Origin: Alphaproteobacteria bacterium
GTDB taxonomy: Bacteria; Pseudomonadota; Alphaproteobacteria; Bin95
Direction: 5' to 3'
NCBI GenBank assembly: GCA_965205265.1
Contig: CBDBGH010000003.1
Coordinates: 288,001 to 352,000, forward strand
DNA length: 64,000 nt
Within the stretch, counting starts at the first letter, position 1; every line of letters begins with the position of its first letter. Shown piece by piece: positions 8,317 through 16,906 of this stretch. The notes under the pieces are model-generated. The model did not search any database. It was not told the origin of the DNA and saw only the letters and a program-made list of their open reading frames with translations. A program made the position numbers and the translations under genes.

Positions 8317-9483
8317 ATGCCGTTCGATCTGGTTGAAGAACACGCCATGCTGCGCGACCTGGTGGCGAAGTTCGTGGACAACGAGCTGATGCCGCTGGAG
8401 AAGGCCGTGATGGCGCGCGAGGCGGCGGGCGGGGAAATCCGGCTGACCGAGGAGGAGCTGGCCCCGCTGCTCGACAAGTGCCGGGAGCTCGGCCTCTGGG
8501 CGCTCGACGCGCCGGAGGAGGCGGGCGGCGTGAACCTGCCGGCCGTCGCGCTGGTCGGCGTCAACGAGGAGCTCGGCCGCACGATCACCCCCTTCGTCTT
8601 CCCGCCCGACTCGCCCAATCTCCACATGCTGCTGGCCGTCGCCGACGAGCGCCAGAAGCGGCTCTACATGGAGCCCTATGCGAGCGGCGAGGCGCAGTCC
8701 GCCATCGCGATCTCCGAGCCCGGCGCCGGCGGCGACCCGGCCGGCATGAGCACCCGCGCGGTCAAGGACGGCGACCACTGGGTGATCGACGGGCGCAAGA
8801 TCTGGATCAGCCGTGTGCCCTACGCCGACTTCACCATCGTCATGGCGCTCACCGACCCGGAAAAACGCGCGCGCGGCGGCATCACCGCCTTCATCGTCGA
8901 GAAGGACACGCCCGGCTTCATCGTCGAGCGCGAAATCCCCATGCTGGGCGGCCAGCGCACCTATGAGGTCGTGTTCGAGAACTGCCGCGTGCATGAGAGC
9001 CAGGTGCTGGGGCAGGTGGGCAACGGGTTCGGGCCGATGCAGCTCCGCCTGACCGTGCGCCGGCTCCAGATCGGCGCCTGGTGCGTCGGCATGGCGCGGC
9101 GTGCGCTCAAGATGCTCTGCGAACATGCGAGCCAGCGCGTGACGTTCGGGGAGCGCCTCGCGGACCGGCAGGCGATCCAGTGGTGGATCGCCGACGGCGC
9201 GACCAAGGTCCATGCCTGCTCGCTGATGGTGATGGACGCCGCCGTGAAGCAGGACCGCGGCGAGGACGTGCGCACCGAGGCCTCGATGATAAAGGTCTAT
9301 GCCACGGAGATGGCGACCGAGATCGTGGACCATGCCCAGCAGGCCTTCGGGGCGATGGGCGTCACCAGGGAACTGCCGCTCCAGCTGATGGCCCAGAAGG
9401 TGCGGCTGATGCGCGTCTATGAGGGGCCGAGCGAAGTCCACCGCATGGTGATTGCGCGGCGCATGCTGCGCGCGCACGGTTAG
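8317..9483 (+). CDS. Acyl-CoA dehydrogenase family protein
   Basis: AISEPGAGGD, WVIDGRKIWIS, RVTFG and RVYEGPSEVH motifs; GAGGAGG RBS upstream of ATG 8317. Confidence 0.92.
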   Translation: MPFDLVEEHAMLRDLVAKFVDNELMPLEKAVMAREAAGGEIRLTEEELAPLLDKCRELGLWALDAPEEAGGVNLPAVALVGVNEELGRTITPFVFPPDSPNLHMLLAVADERQKRLYMEPYASGEAQSAIAISEPGAGGDPAGMSTRAVKDGDHWVIDGRKIWISRVPYADFTIVMALTDPEKRARGGITAFIVEKDTPGFIVEREIPMLGGQRTYEVVFENCRVHESQVLGQVGNGFGPMQLRLTVRRLQIGAWCVGMARRALKMLCEHASQRVTFGERLADRQAIQWWIADGATKVHACSLMVMDAAVKQDRGEDVRTEASMIKVYATEMATEIVDHAQQAFGAMGVTRELPLQLMAQKVRLMRVYEGPSEVHRMVIARRMLRAHG

Positions 9484-9503
9484 CGGCGAACAGGGAGGCT
9501 CCG

Positions 9504-10367
9504 ATGCTTGAGATACGCCCGCTCGCGCCGGAGATCGGCGCGGAAGTCACCGGCTTCGACATGGGCAAGCCGCTGACCGACGAGCTGTTCGAGGACATCC
9601 ACGCCGCCTGGATGCGCCACATGGTGCTGGTGTTTCCGGACCAGCCGGTCCCGGACGAGGCGCTGCTTGCCTTCGCCCGGCGTTTCGGCGAACTCGAGGT
9701 GTTCCACCAGGACATCATCCGCTCGAAGCGCCTGCCGGAGATCTTCCGGGTCTCCAATGTCGATGAGGACGGGAAGCTGATGGCCCCGGACGACCCGGTC
9801 CAGCACCAGATTTCGCTGACCCGCCGCTGGCACACGGACAGCAGCTACCGCGAGAGGCCGGCGGTCGGCTCGCTGCTGCACGGCGTCGAGGTGACGGAGG
9901 AAGGCGGCGAGACCATGTTCGCCAACATGGCGGCCGTGCTGCGCGCGCTGCCGGAGGAGCTGCGCCGCGAGGTCGAGGGCCGCCGCGCGCGGCACGATTT
10001 CGGGAACCTGCACCGGCTGAAGCCGCTCAAGCCGCTGACGGACGAGGAGCGCGCGCGGATGCCGCCGGTCTGGCAGCCCATGGTCCGCCGCCACCCGGAG
10101 ACGGGCGAGGCCTCGCTCTATATCAGCCCGATCTACAACGACGCCGTGGAGGGCATGGACCCGCAAGGTGCGGCGGCGCTGGTCGAACGGCTGGAGGCGT
10201 TCATCGACGACGAGCGCTTCATTTACCGCCACCGCTGGCGGCCGCATGACGTGCTGCTCTGGGACAACCGCTGCACGACCCACCGGGTCACGCCCTACAA
10301 CCCCGCCCACCGCCGCATCATGCACCGCACCACCATCGCCGGCAGGGAGCGCGTCGAGGCGGCTTGA
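9504..10367 (+). CDS. TauD/TfdA family 2-oxoglutarate-dependent dioxygenase
   Basis: WHTDSSY (HxD), GGETMFAN, WDNRCTTHR and RIMHRTTI motifs. Confidence 0.92.
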   Translation: MLEIRPLAPEIGAEVTGFDMGKPLTDELFEDIHAAWMRHMVLVFPDQPVPDEALLAFARRFGELEVFHQDIIRSKRLPEIFRVSNVDEDGKLMAPDDPVQHQISLTRRWHTDSSYRERPAVGSLLHGVEVTEEGGETMFANMAAVLRALPEELRREVEGRRARHDFGNLHRLKPLKPLTDEERARMPPVWQPMVRRHPETGEASLYISPIYNDAVEGMDPQGAAALVERLEAFIDDERFIYRHRWRPHDVLLWDNRCTTHRVTPYNPAHRRIMHRTTIAGRERVEAA

Positions 10368-10427
10368 CGAGTCCCGCAGCCGGACACCATATCGACAAAT
10401 GTCCGGCGAACATGGGAAGGCCGAAGC

Positions 10428-10847
10428 ATGGCTCCGACGCGCAGGGATGTGATGAGGCTGGGCGGTCTTGCCGCCGCCGCGGCGATGCTGCCCGCCGGCG
10501 CGGCGGCGGATACGAACGGCGTTGCCGGGGCCATCGCCGCCTTCACGAAAGGCGCCAGGGCGCTGGAGGCCGGCGTGTCGCTGGACCTTCCCGAGATTGC
10601 CGACAATGGCGGCGCTGTGCCGGTCCGGGTCGCGGCGGAGGGCGCGCGGCGCATTGCACTCTTCGCCGACGCGAACCCGAATCCCGGCGTGGCCGTGTTT
10701 TCCTTCGGCAGGCTGACGTCGCCCGCGGCCACGATCCGCATCCGGCTCGCCAGGAGCCAGAACGTGATCGCGGTGGCGGAGATGGCGGACGGCACGTTCC
10801 GCAAGGCCAGCCGGCGGGTCGCCGTGACGGTCGGCGGCTGCGGGTGA
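10428..10847 (+). CDS. soxY: Thiosulfate oxidation carrier protein SoxY
   Basis: Tat signal TRRDV, PEIADNGGAVPV, NPNP, C-terminal VTVGGCG swinging arm. Confidence 0.9.
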   Translation: MAPTRRDVMRLGGLAAAAAMLPAGAAADTNGVAGAIAAFTKGARALEAGVSLDLPEIADNGGAVPVRVAAEGARRIALFADANPNPGVAVFSFGRLTSPAATIRIRLARSQNVIAVAEMADGTFRKASRRVAVTVGGCG

Positions 10848-10857
10848 GGGGCCGGAC

Positions 10858-11184
10858 ATGGCGACGCCCACTCCCCGCATAAAGCTGCCGAAATCGGTCG
10901 AGGCGAACACGCCCTTCACGGTCAGGACGAAGATCACCCATCCGATGCACACCGGCCTGCGCCGCGACCGCGACGGCAGGCCGATACCCCGCCGGATCGT
11001 CAACACCTTCACGGTGCGGTTCAACGGCGAGGAGGCGCTGTCCGTCGCGCTGGAGCCGGCGGTTTCGAGCGATCCCTATATCCGGTTCGAGCTGTCCCTG
11101 CCCGGGTCGGGCCTGCTCGACTTCGAATGGCGCGACGATGACGGCTCGATCTACAGCCTCAGCAGGGAAGTCGCCGTCGAATAA
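10858..11184 (+). CDS. soxZ: Thiosulfate oxidation carrier complex protein SoxZ
   Basis: ITHPMHTGLRRD, AVSSDPY and WRDDDG motifs; follows soxY. Confidence 0.9.
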   Translation: MATPTPRIKLPKSVEANTPFTVRTKITHPMHTGLRRDRDGRPIPRRIVNTFTVRFNGEEALSVALEPAVSSDPYIRFELSLPGSGLLDFEWRDDDGSIYSLSREVAVE

Positions 11185-11193
11185 GGCGCGGCT

Positions 11194-12222
11194 TCAGTCG
11201 CGGCCGGCGAAGACCGCGCCCGCGACCTTCGCCGAGGCGGCCATGGCGGCGAGCGCCAGCAGGGCCGCAAGGCTGGCGGTGGACATGCCGGAAAGGCCCG
11301 CGCCGACCGTGCAGCCGCCCGCCAGCACGCCGCCCGCTCCCATCATCGCGGCGCCGGCAAGGTAGCGCCCGGTCTGCCGGGGGCTTTCGAGGCTTTCCCA
11401 GCGGAACTCGCCCGCCGCGAGCGCCGCGGCCAGGCTGCCGGCGACCACGCCTGCCGCAAGCCCGGTGCCGAAGCCGGCCGGAATGGAGGTCGCCGCCACG
11501 GCCCAGAAGAGCGTGTCGGCCGTCGGCCCGGTGAAGCCCATCGACTGGAGCGGAATCGGGTCGAAATCGTCGAGCAGCAGGAAGCCGGTGCCGACCCAGC
11601 CGAGCGGCACCAGCAGCCCGATCACGCCCGCCATCGCCAGCCGGGAGGCCGGCGCGCCGGAACGCAGCGCGAAGACCGCCGCCAGCAGCGCGAGGCCGAG
11701 CGGCCAGGCTTCGCCGCCGGGCAGGACCGTGAGCGCTGGCGCCTCGCCGCCATAGACGCTTGCCTCGCCGAGCGCCTGGCGCAGCGGCGCCAGCACCCCC
11801 TTCATCGCCGCATGGGCGGTGATCGCGAAGACGACCAGCACGAAGAGGGCGCGGAGGTTGCCGCTGCCGGTGAGCACGGTGAGGCGCGACACACAGCCTC
11901 CGGCCAGCACCATGCCGGTCCCGAACAGCGCGCCGCCCAGCAGCGCGGACAGGACCGGAATGTCCGCCGCGAGAAAGCGGTGCGCCTCGAACGAAACCAG
12001 GCCCATAGCGGTGGCCAGCCGGGTTCCGGCTATCGCCGTCGCCAGCGCCATGGCCCAGGCGCCCAAAGCGGGGAGGCAGTCGCGCCACCGGCCGACCAGG
12101 CTCCGGCGGAGGCAGAAGGCGCTGCGCTGCGCCAGCACGCCGTAGAGTCCGCCCAGCACCAGCCCGAGCAGGACGGAGGCCGCAAGCGGCGTCGTCTCCT
12201 CGAATCCCAGCGTCTCGAACAT
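11194..12222 (-). CDS. YeeE/YedE (TsuA/SoxT-like) sulfur compound transporter
   Basis: Hydrophobic, with three conserved Cys motifs: SAFCLR, LAGGCVS, LAGGCTVGAG. Confidence 0.9.
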   Translation of the reverse strand: MFETLGFEETTPLAASVLLGLVLGGLYGVLAQRSAFCLRRSLVGRWRDCLPALGAWAMALATAIAGTRLATAMGLVSFEAHRFLAADIPVLSALLGGALFGTGMVLAGGCVSRLTVLTGSGNLRALFVLVVFAITAHAAMKGVLAPLRQALGEASVYGGEAPALTVLPGGEAWPLGLALLAAVFALRSGAPASRLAMAGVIGLLVPLGWVGTGFLLLDDFDPIPLQSMGFTGPTADTLFWAVAATSIPAGFGTGLAAGVVAGSLAAALAAGEFRWESLESPRQTGRYLAGAAMMGAGGVLAGGCTVGAGLSGMSTASLAALLALAAMAASAKVAGAVFAGRD

Positions 12223-12423
12223 GGGCTAACCGACACCTCCCGGCGCGCCGCGGCACTCAGCGCTTCGAACGCGCCCGGCGCAAGGTCATATAGTCCGCAC
12301 ACCCGAAAACGAAAACGCCGCCGGTCACGGACGAACTCAGGGCAATCGCTTTTGAAGATTTGCGAGCGGGGCACATAACCGGGATTCAGCCGGGTTTCGA
12401 GGGGGCCGGTCATATCCCCTTCC

Positions 12424-12444
12424 CGTCATACCCGGACTTGTTCC
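12424..12444. repeat. Truncated left arm of the RPE-like palindrome
   Basis: CGTCATACCCGGACTTGTTCC, identical to the starts of the 5254 and 12560 copies. Confidence 0.8.
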
Positions 12445-12559
12445 ACTGCTGTCCGGTTTAGATTTGGGGGACAGAGCGCATGGCTTGGATTCAAGCGGGT
12501 TTTGAAGGGTCCGGCTGAATCGAGACTCGGATCGGCGCCCGGCGTCCCAACCCTTACAT

Positions 12560-12647
12560 CGTCATACCCGGACTTGTTCCGGGTATCGCCCGCCACAGCT
12601 TCCGTCGGACGGCCGCATGGATACCCGGAACAAGTCCGGGTATGACG
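12560..12647. repeat. RPE/RIME-like palindromic repeat, second full copy
   Basis: Same arms as 5254-5341. Confidence 0.9.
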
Positions 12648-12744
12648 GAGGAGCCTGCCCTGAGCTTGTCGAAGGGGGCGTTCGGGCATGACAAATCCGA
12701 AAGCGATTGCCCTGCGGACGAAATCCGTCTCGCCGCCGGCCCGG

Positions 12745-13380
12745 TCAGCCCCGCCCGATTTTCGCCCTCAGCCTCCTGGCTTCCAGATTGTCGATGCCGG
12801 CGTCCCGGGCGGCTTTGACAGCATCTATCCTGCTCTCGCAAAGCCGCGTCAGCGGCTCGGCGCAATTCTTCTCGATTCGGGCGATTGCCGCCGTTGCGTC
12901 CCTGGCCATCCTTGTCTTCTGGCGGGCGTAGTGGCGGTCCCGTCTTTCGGCGCTCTCGAATGAAAGCGGGGCCAGGAAGACCGTAATCGAGGACGGATAT
13001 TCATGCGTTGCGCCGGTGCCCGCATCGAAAGCAAGGCCGATCGCGCCCTTGACCACGATCTGGCCTATGGTCAGGTCCCGGCGGGAGGCGGCGAGCACGG
13101 CGGTTTCGACCTCGTGCAGGGCCTTGGAGCAGCGAACCGAAATGTCGCGCTTGCTGTTCTCCACATGCAGAAGGCCCGGAGACGTCGGTATGACGCCGAC
13201 CGTTGCGCCGTTGCGGCTCAGCACGCAGTAAGCGCCCGGAGGGTCGGTGAACACCGTAACGGGCTGTTCGGAATTGCCGATGACGCCGGAACAGGCGGGA
13301 AGCGCGAGCGAAACGGCCCAGACAGCAAGCCTGCGAAGGCCCCGCAAGGCGATGCGGACGGGAAGGAACGGCCTCGTCAT
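12745..13380 (-). CDS. Hypothetical lipoprotein (PEGA-like domain)
   Basis: Lipobox LPAC, VTVFTDPPGAYC and DAGTGATHEYP; start uncertain. Confidence 0.65.
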   Translation of the reverse strand: MTRPFLPVRIALRGLRRLAVWAVSLALPACSGVIGNSEQPVTVFTDPPGAYCVLSRNGATVGVIPTSPGLLHVENSKRDISVRCSKALHEVETAVLAASRRDLTIGQIVVKGAIGLAFDAGTGATHEYPSSITVFLAPLSFESAERRDRHYARQKTRMARDATAAIARIEKNCAEPLTRLCESRIDAVKAARDAGIDNLEARRLRAKIGRG

Positions 13381-13611
13381 CGTCTGTCGTCAGCGGGCAC
13401 CGGGTTGGACCGCCCGGAACCTAGCAGCGATTCGGGAGCCCGGCGCCATGCCGCCGGCCCGCGGCCCGCGCCGGAGCCGGACATGGGGAAAGCCGTGGTA
13501 AGGTGCCGGTAAAGCGGAGGCGGCTTCGAGGCCGCCTCTTCGATTCGAAAGCGCGAAGAAGCCGCAAGAGCGGGCGCCCGGCCGCGGGCGCATTCCGGGG
13601 AGGGCGATCGG

Positions 13612-14763
13612 ATGTCGGAAGCCGCGCATCCCGGCTGGGCCGTTTACGATCTGGACCGGCTGCTGGCCAATCTCGCCGCGATCCGCCGCCGGTGCGCGCC
13701 CGGCCGGTCCGTCATCGCCGCGCTCAAGGGCAATGCCTACGGACATGGCGCCGTGCCCGTGGCGCGGGCGCTCGACGGCGAAGGGCTTGCGGCGTTCATG
13801 ACCGGCTCCTTCGATGAGGCCTGCCGGATGCGCACGGCGGGGCTGCGCACGCCCGTCGTCATGTTCGCCAGCGCGCTGCCGGAAGGCATGGCCGATCTCG
13901 TGGGCGCCGGGCTGGCGCCGACAATCGTGGACCGGGCGGGCGCCGAAGCCGTCGCGCGCGCGGCGGCGGGGAAGCCGGCGCCGGCCTATGTCAAGGTCAA
14001 TGCCGGGCTCGGGCGGCTCGGTGTGCTGCTCGAGGAGGCCGAAACCTTCCTTGCCGGTCTCGCCGCCATGCCGGGCCTCGAAGTGCAGGGGCTCTATACG
14101 CATCTGCCCTTCGGCGACGCGCGCGGGCGCGACTGGGCGAGCGAACGGTTCGCCGCCTTCGACGCGCTGCTCGCGCGCCTGGAAGCGCGCGGACTGGCGC
14201 CGCCGGTCACCCAGGCGGGCGCCAGCGCCTCCGTCGCCGCCGGGCTGCCCGACCGGTCCAACGCGGTCTGCGTCGGCCACCTGCTCTACGGCCTGTCGCC
14301 CTTCCCGGACGCCCCGGTCGCAGATGTATCCGCATTCGAGCCGGTCCTTGCCGAGGTCGGGAGCCGGCTGGTGCAGGTCTCCGACCATCCCCAGGGCAGC
14401 GATATCGCCATCGCCGGCAGCTACGCCATACGCCGCGGCCGGCGCACCGGCGTCGCGCCCGTCGGCGCCGCGCAGGGCCTGGCCCGGCCCGCGCCGGGCA
14501 GCCGGCCGGAGGCGCTGATACGCGGCCGGCGGGCGCCGGTCCTGGCCGTGTCGCTCGAACACCTGACCCTGGACCTCTCGGAGGTTGAGGACGCCGCGGT
14601 CGGCGACGCCGTGCTGCTGCTCGGCGGGAAGGGCGATGCCGCTATCGGGCTGGAGGAGTTCGCCGCCTGGTCCGGCAGGCGTGAACTCGACACGGTGTTG
14701 GCGCTCTCGGGCCGGCTGGCCGCGCATTATCGCGGCGCGGCGGGCGGCGCTACTCGTATTTGA
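13612..14763 (+). CDS. Alanine racemase-family PLP enzyme (divergent)
   Basis: ALKGNAYGHG PLP lysine, KVNAGLGRLG, GLYTH; C-terminal catalytic motifs altered. Confidence 0.8.
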   Translation: MSEAAHPGWAVYDLDRLLANLAAIRRRCAPGRSVIAALKGNAYGHGAVPVARALDGEGLAAFMTGSFDEACRMRTAGLRTPVVMFASALPEGMADLVGAGLAPTIVDRAGAEAVARAAAGKPAPAYVKVNAGLGRLGVLLEEAETFLAGLAAMPGLEVQGLYTHLPFGDARGRDWASERFAAFDALLARLEARGLAPPVTQAGASASVAAGLPDRSNAVCVGHLLYGLSPFPDAPVADVSAFEPVLAEVGSRLVQVSDHPQGSDIAIAGSYAIRRGRRTGVAPVGAAQGLARPAPGSRPEALIRGRRAPVLAVSLEHLTLDLSEVEDAAVGDAVLLLGGKGDAAIGLEEFAAWSGRRELDTVLALSGRLAAHYRGAAGGATRI

Positions 14764-15523
14764 GCGGCTCGGCGAGGTCCGCAGGCGCGAGCGAGGCGGC
14801 ATAGGCCAGGATCGCGTCGATATCCGCGAGCGTGATCTCCAGCGGCGCGATGGGCGGCGGGCGCGCCTGGTCGAAAGGCGGCGTCACGCCGGGGACCTGC
14901 GTGAAGGCCGGATGCGGGTTGAGCGTGAAGAACGCCCGGAAACGCCGCTCCCAGTCGCCGAGCGTGCGCAGCATGGCGAAGGAGGGCGTGGAGCCGATGC
15001 CCCCCATGCGGTTCTTCTCCCCGACCACGTGGCAGCGCCCGCAATGGACCAGCGACAGCCGTTCGCCCGCAAGTGCATCGCCCGTGACGACCGGTCCTTT
15101 CGCCTCCGCTTTGGCGCCCGCCGCCGGCTCGTAGAGCGCCTTCCCGTCCGGCGCGAAGGCCGCCACCGTCCGCTGGCCGATATCGGAGGCGAGCCAGTCG
15201 AGGAAGCGGCCCGCCAGCGCCTGTTTCGGGCCCGCACCGGGGCCGGCCAGATAGACCGTCCCCGCGCCGCGAAAGACCGGGCGCCCCCCGTCCACGGCGG
15301 GGCCGATCAGCACCTCCGCCGCGACGCCCGCTTCGAGCGGAACCGGGGCGGTGCGGATGCCGGTCTTCAGCGAGAAGCGCGGCAGCATGTGCTTCATGAG
15401 CCCGCTCCCTATCAGCTCCGGACTCGCCGCCACCGTTATGCGGCGCTCCTCGGCCTCCGCGCCGGCAACCGCAAGCATGAGCATTGCAGCCAGCCCGAGT
15501 CTCCACCGGATCGACATCGCCAT
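14750..15523 (-). CDS. Secreted protein with a PBP-like N-terminal region and a C-terminal c-type cytochrome
   Basis: Signal peptide, SGLMKHMLPRFSLKTGI, CGRCH heme-binding motif. Confidence 0.7.
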   Translation of the reverse strand: MAMSIRWRLGLAAMLMLAVAGAEAEERRITVAASPELIGSGLMKHMLPRFSLKTGIRTAPVPLEAGVAAEVLIGPAVDGGRPVFRGAGTVYLAGPGAGPKQALAGRFLDWLASDIGQRTVAAFAPDGKALYEPAAGAKAEAKGPVVTGDALAGERLSLVHCGRCHVVGEKNRMGGIGSTPSFAMLRTLGDWERRFRAFFTLNPHPAFTQVPGVTPPFDQARPPPIAPLEITLADIDAILAYAASLAPADLAEPLKYE

Positions 15524-15638
15524 TCCTCCCGCGCCGAGGAAGCGGCTAGCCTAGCAGCCGCGCGGACTTTGCGGGGAGTCTTCGCTAAACTCCGCTAAAC
15601 TCGCGTGAAAGCGGACGGCGGCGCAGGAGGAGGTTCCG

Positions 15639-15842
15639 ATGAGCGGCGATTTCAACATGTCGATGCGCAAATTCCTGAAGCAGGTCGGCGTGACCTCGCA
15701 GCAGGCGATCGAGGAGGCGATGCGCAGCGCCGGGGAGGAGCGCACGGCGGGCAAGAGCTTCACCGCCCGCATGGTGCTGACCATAGACGAGCTCGACCTC
15801 AGCCACAGCGTCGAGGGGCGCATCGACGGGAAGGCGGGATGA
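15639..15842 (+). CDS. DUF6494 family protein
   Basis: FNMSMRKFLKQVGVTSQQAIE signature; AGGAGG RBS. Confidence 0.8.
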   Translation: MSGDFNMSMRKFLKQVGVTSQQAIEEAMRSAGEERTAGKSFTARMVLTIDELDLSHSVEGRIDGKAG

Positions 15843-16906
15843 CCGCGACGCGCGAGGCGGTGCTGGAGGCGCTCAAGGGCGTCACCGACCCGATCAGCGG
15901 GCAGGACCTCGTTTCCGCCGGCCCGGTGCGGGCGCTGACGGTGGACGGCGGCACGGTGCGTTTCGTGCTGGAGATCGACCCGGCGCGCGCCGAGCTGATG
16001 GAAGGCGTGCGGGCCGAGGCGGAAGCGGCCGTGCGCGCGTTGCCGGGGGTCGAGCAGGTGTCCGCCGTGATGACCGCCCACCGCGAGGCCGCGCCGGGGC
16101 CGGAGCTCAATATCGGCCGCCGCTCGGAGCCTGCCGGCCCCCGGCAGATTCCGGGCGTGGACCGCATCGTCGCCGTCGCATCCGGCAAGGGCGGCGTCGG
16201 CAAGTCCACCGTCACCGCCAATCTCGCCGCGGCGCTGGCGGCCGAGGGGCGCCGCGTCGGCCTGCTCGACGCCGATGTTTACGGGCCCTCGCAGCCGAGA
16301 ATGCTCGGCGTTTCCGGGCGCCCGGCCTCGCCCGACGGCAAGACCATCCTGCCGCTGCGAAACCACGGCGTCACCATGATGTCCATCGGGCTGATGACGC
16401 GCGAGGACGAGGCGGTGGTCTGGCGCGGGCCGATGCTCATGGGCGCGCTGCAGCAGATGATGAACCAGGTGCAGTGGGGCGCGCTCGACGTGCTGCTGGC
16501 GGACCTGCCGCCCGGCACGGGCGATGTGCCGATGACGCTCTCGCAGACCGCCGAGGTCACCGGCGCCATCGTCGTCTCCACCCCGCAGGACGTGGCGCTG
16601 CTGGACGCGCGCAAGGGCGTGGACATGTTCCGCAAGATGTCCGTGCCGATCCTCGGCATGATCGAGAACATGAGCACGCATATCTGCTCCAATTGCGGGC
16701 ATGAGGAGCATCTGTTCGGCCATGGCGGCGTGCGCGCCGAGGCGGAGAAGCTCGGCATCCCGCTGCTCGCGGAGATCCCGCTGGCGCTCGGTATCCGGCT
16801 CGCATCGGACGGGGGCGCGCCCATTGTGGTCTCGCGCCCGGCCTCGCCCGAGGCGACCGCCTTCCGCGATGTGGCGCAGCACCTGATCGAGACCGGGGCC
16901 GCATGA
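15839..16906 (+). CDS. apbC: Mrp/NBP35 (ApbC) Fe-S cluster carrier ATPase
   Basis: ASGKGGVGKST, DADVYGPS, WRGPM, DLPPGTGD and CSNC motifs; ATGA overlap with the upstream gene. Confidence 0.92.
   Translation: MTATREAVLEALKGVTDPISGQDLVSAGPVRALTVDGGTVRFVLEIDPARAELMEGVRAEAEAAVRALPGVEQVSAVMTAHREAAPGPELNIGRRSEPAGPRQIPGVDRIVAVASGKGGVGKSTVTANLAAALAAEGRRVGLLDADVYGPSQPRMLGVSGRPASPDGKTILPLRNHGVTMMSIGLMTREDEAVVWRGPMLMGALQQMMNQVQWGALDVLLADLPPGTGDVPMTLSQTAEVTGAIVVSTPQDVALLDARKGVDMFRKMSVPILGMIENMSTHICSNCGHEEHLFGHGGVRAEAEKLGIPLLAEIPLALGIRLASDGGAPIVVSRPASPEATAFRDVAQHLIETGAA

Larger units (their letters stand above)
12338..12714. mobile_element. Non-autonomous MITE with ISAs1-like ends
   Basis: Perfect 15-bp TIR CAGGGCAATCGCTTT (12338-12352 / 12700-12714), flanked by 10-bp direct repeats CGGACGAACT / CGGACGAAAT; no transposase inside. 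Confidence 0.8.
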
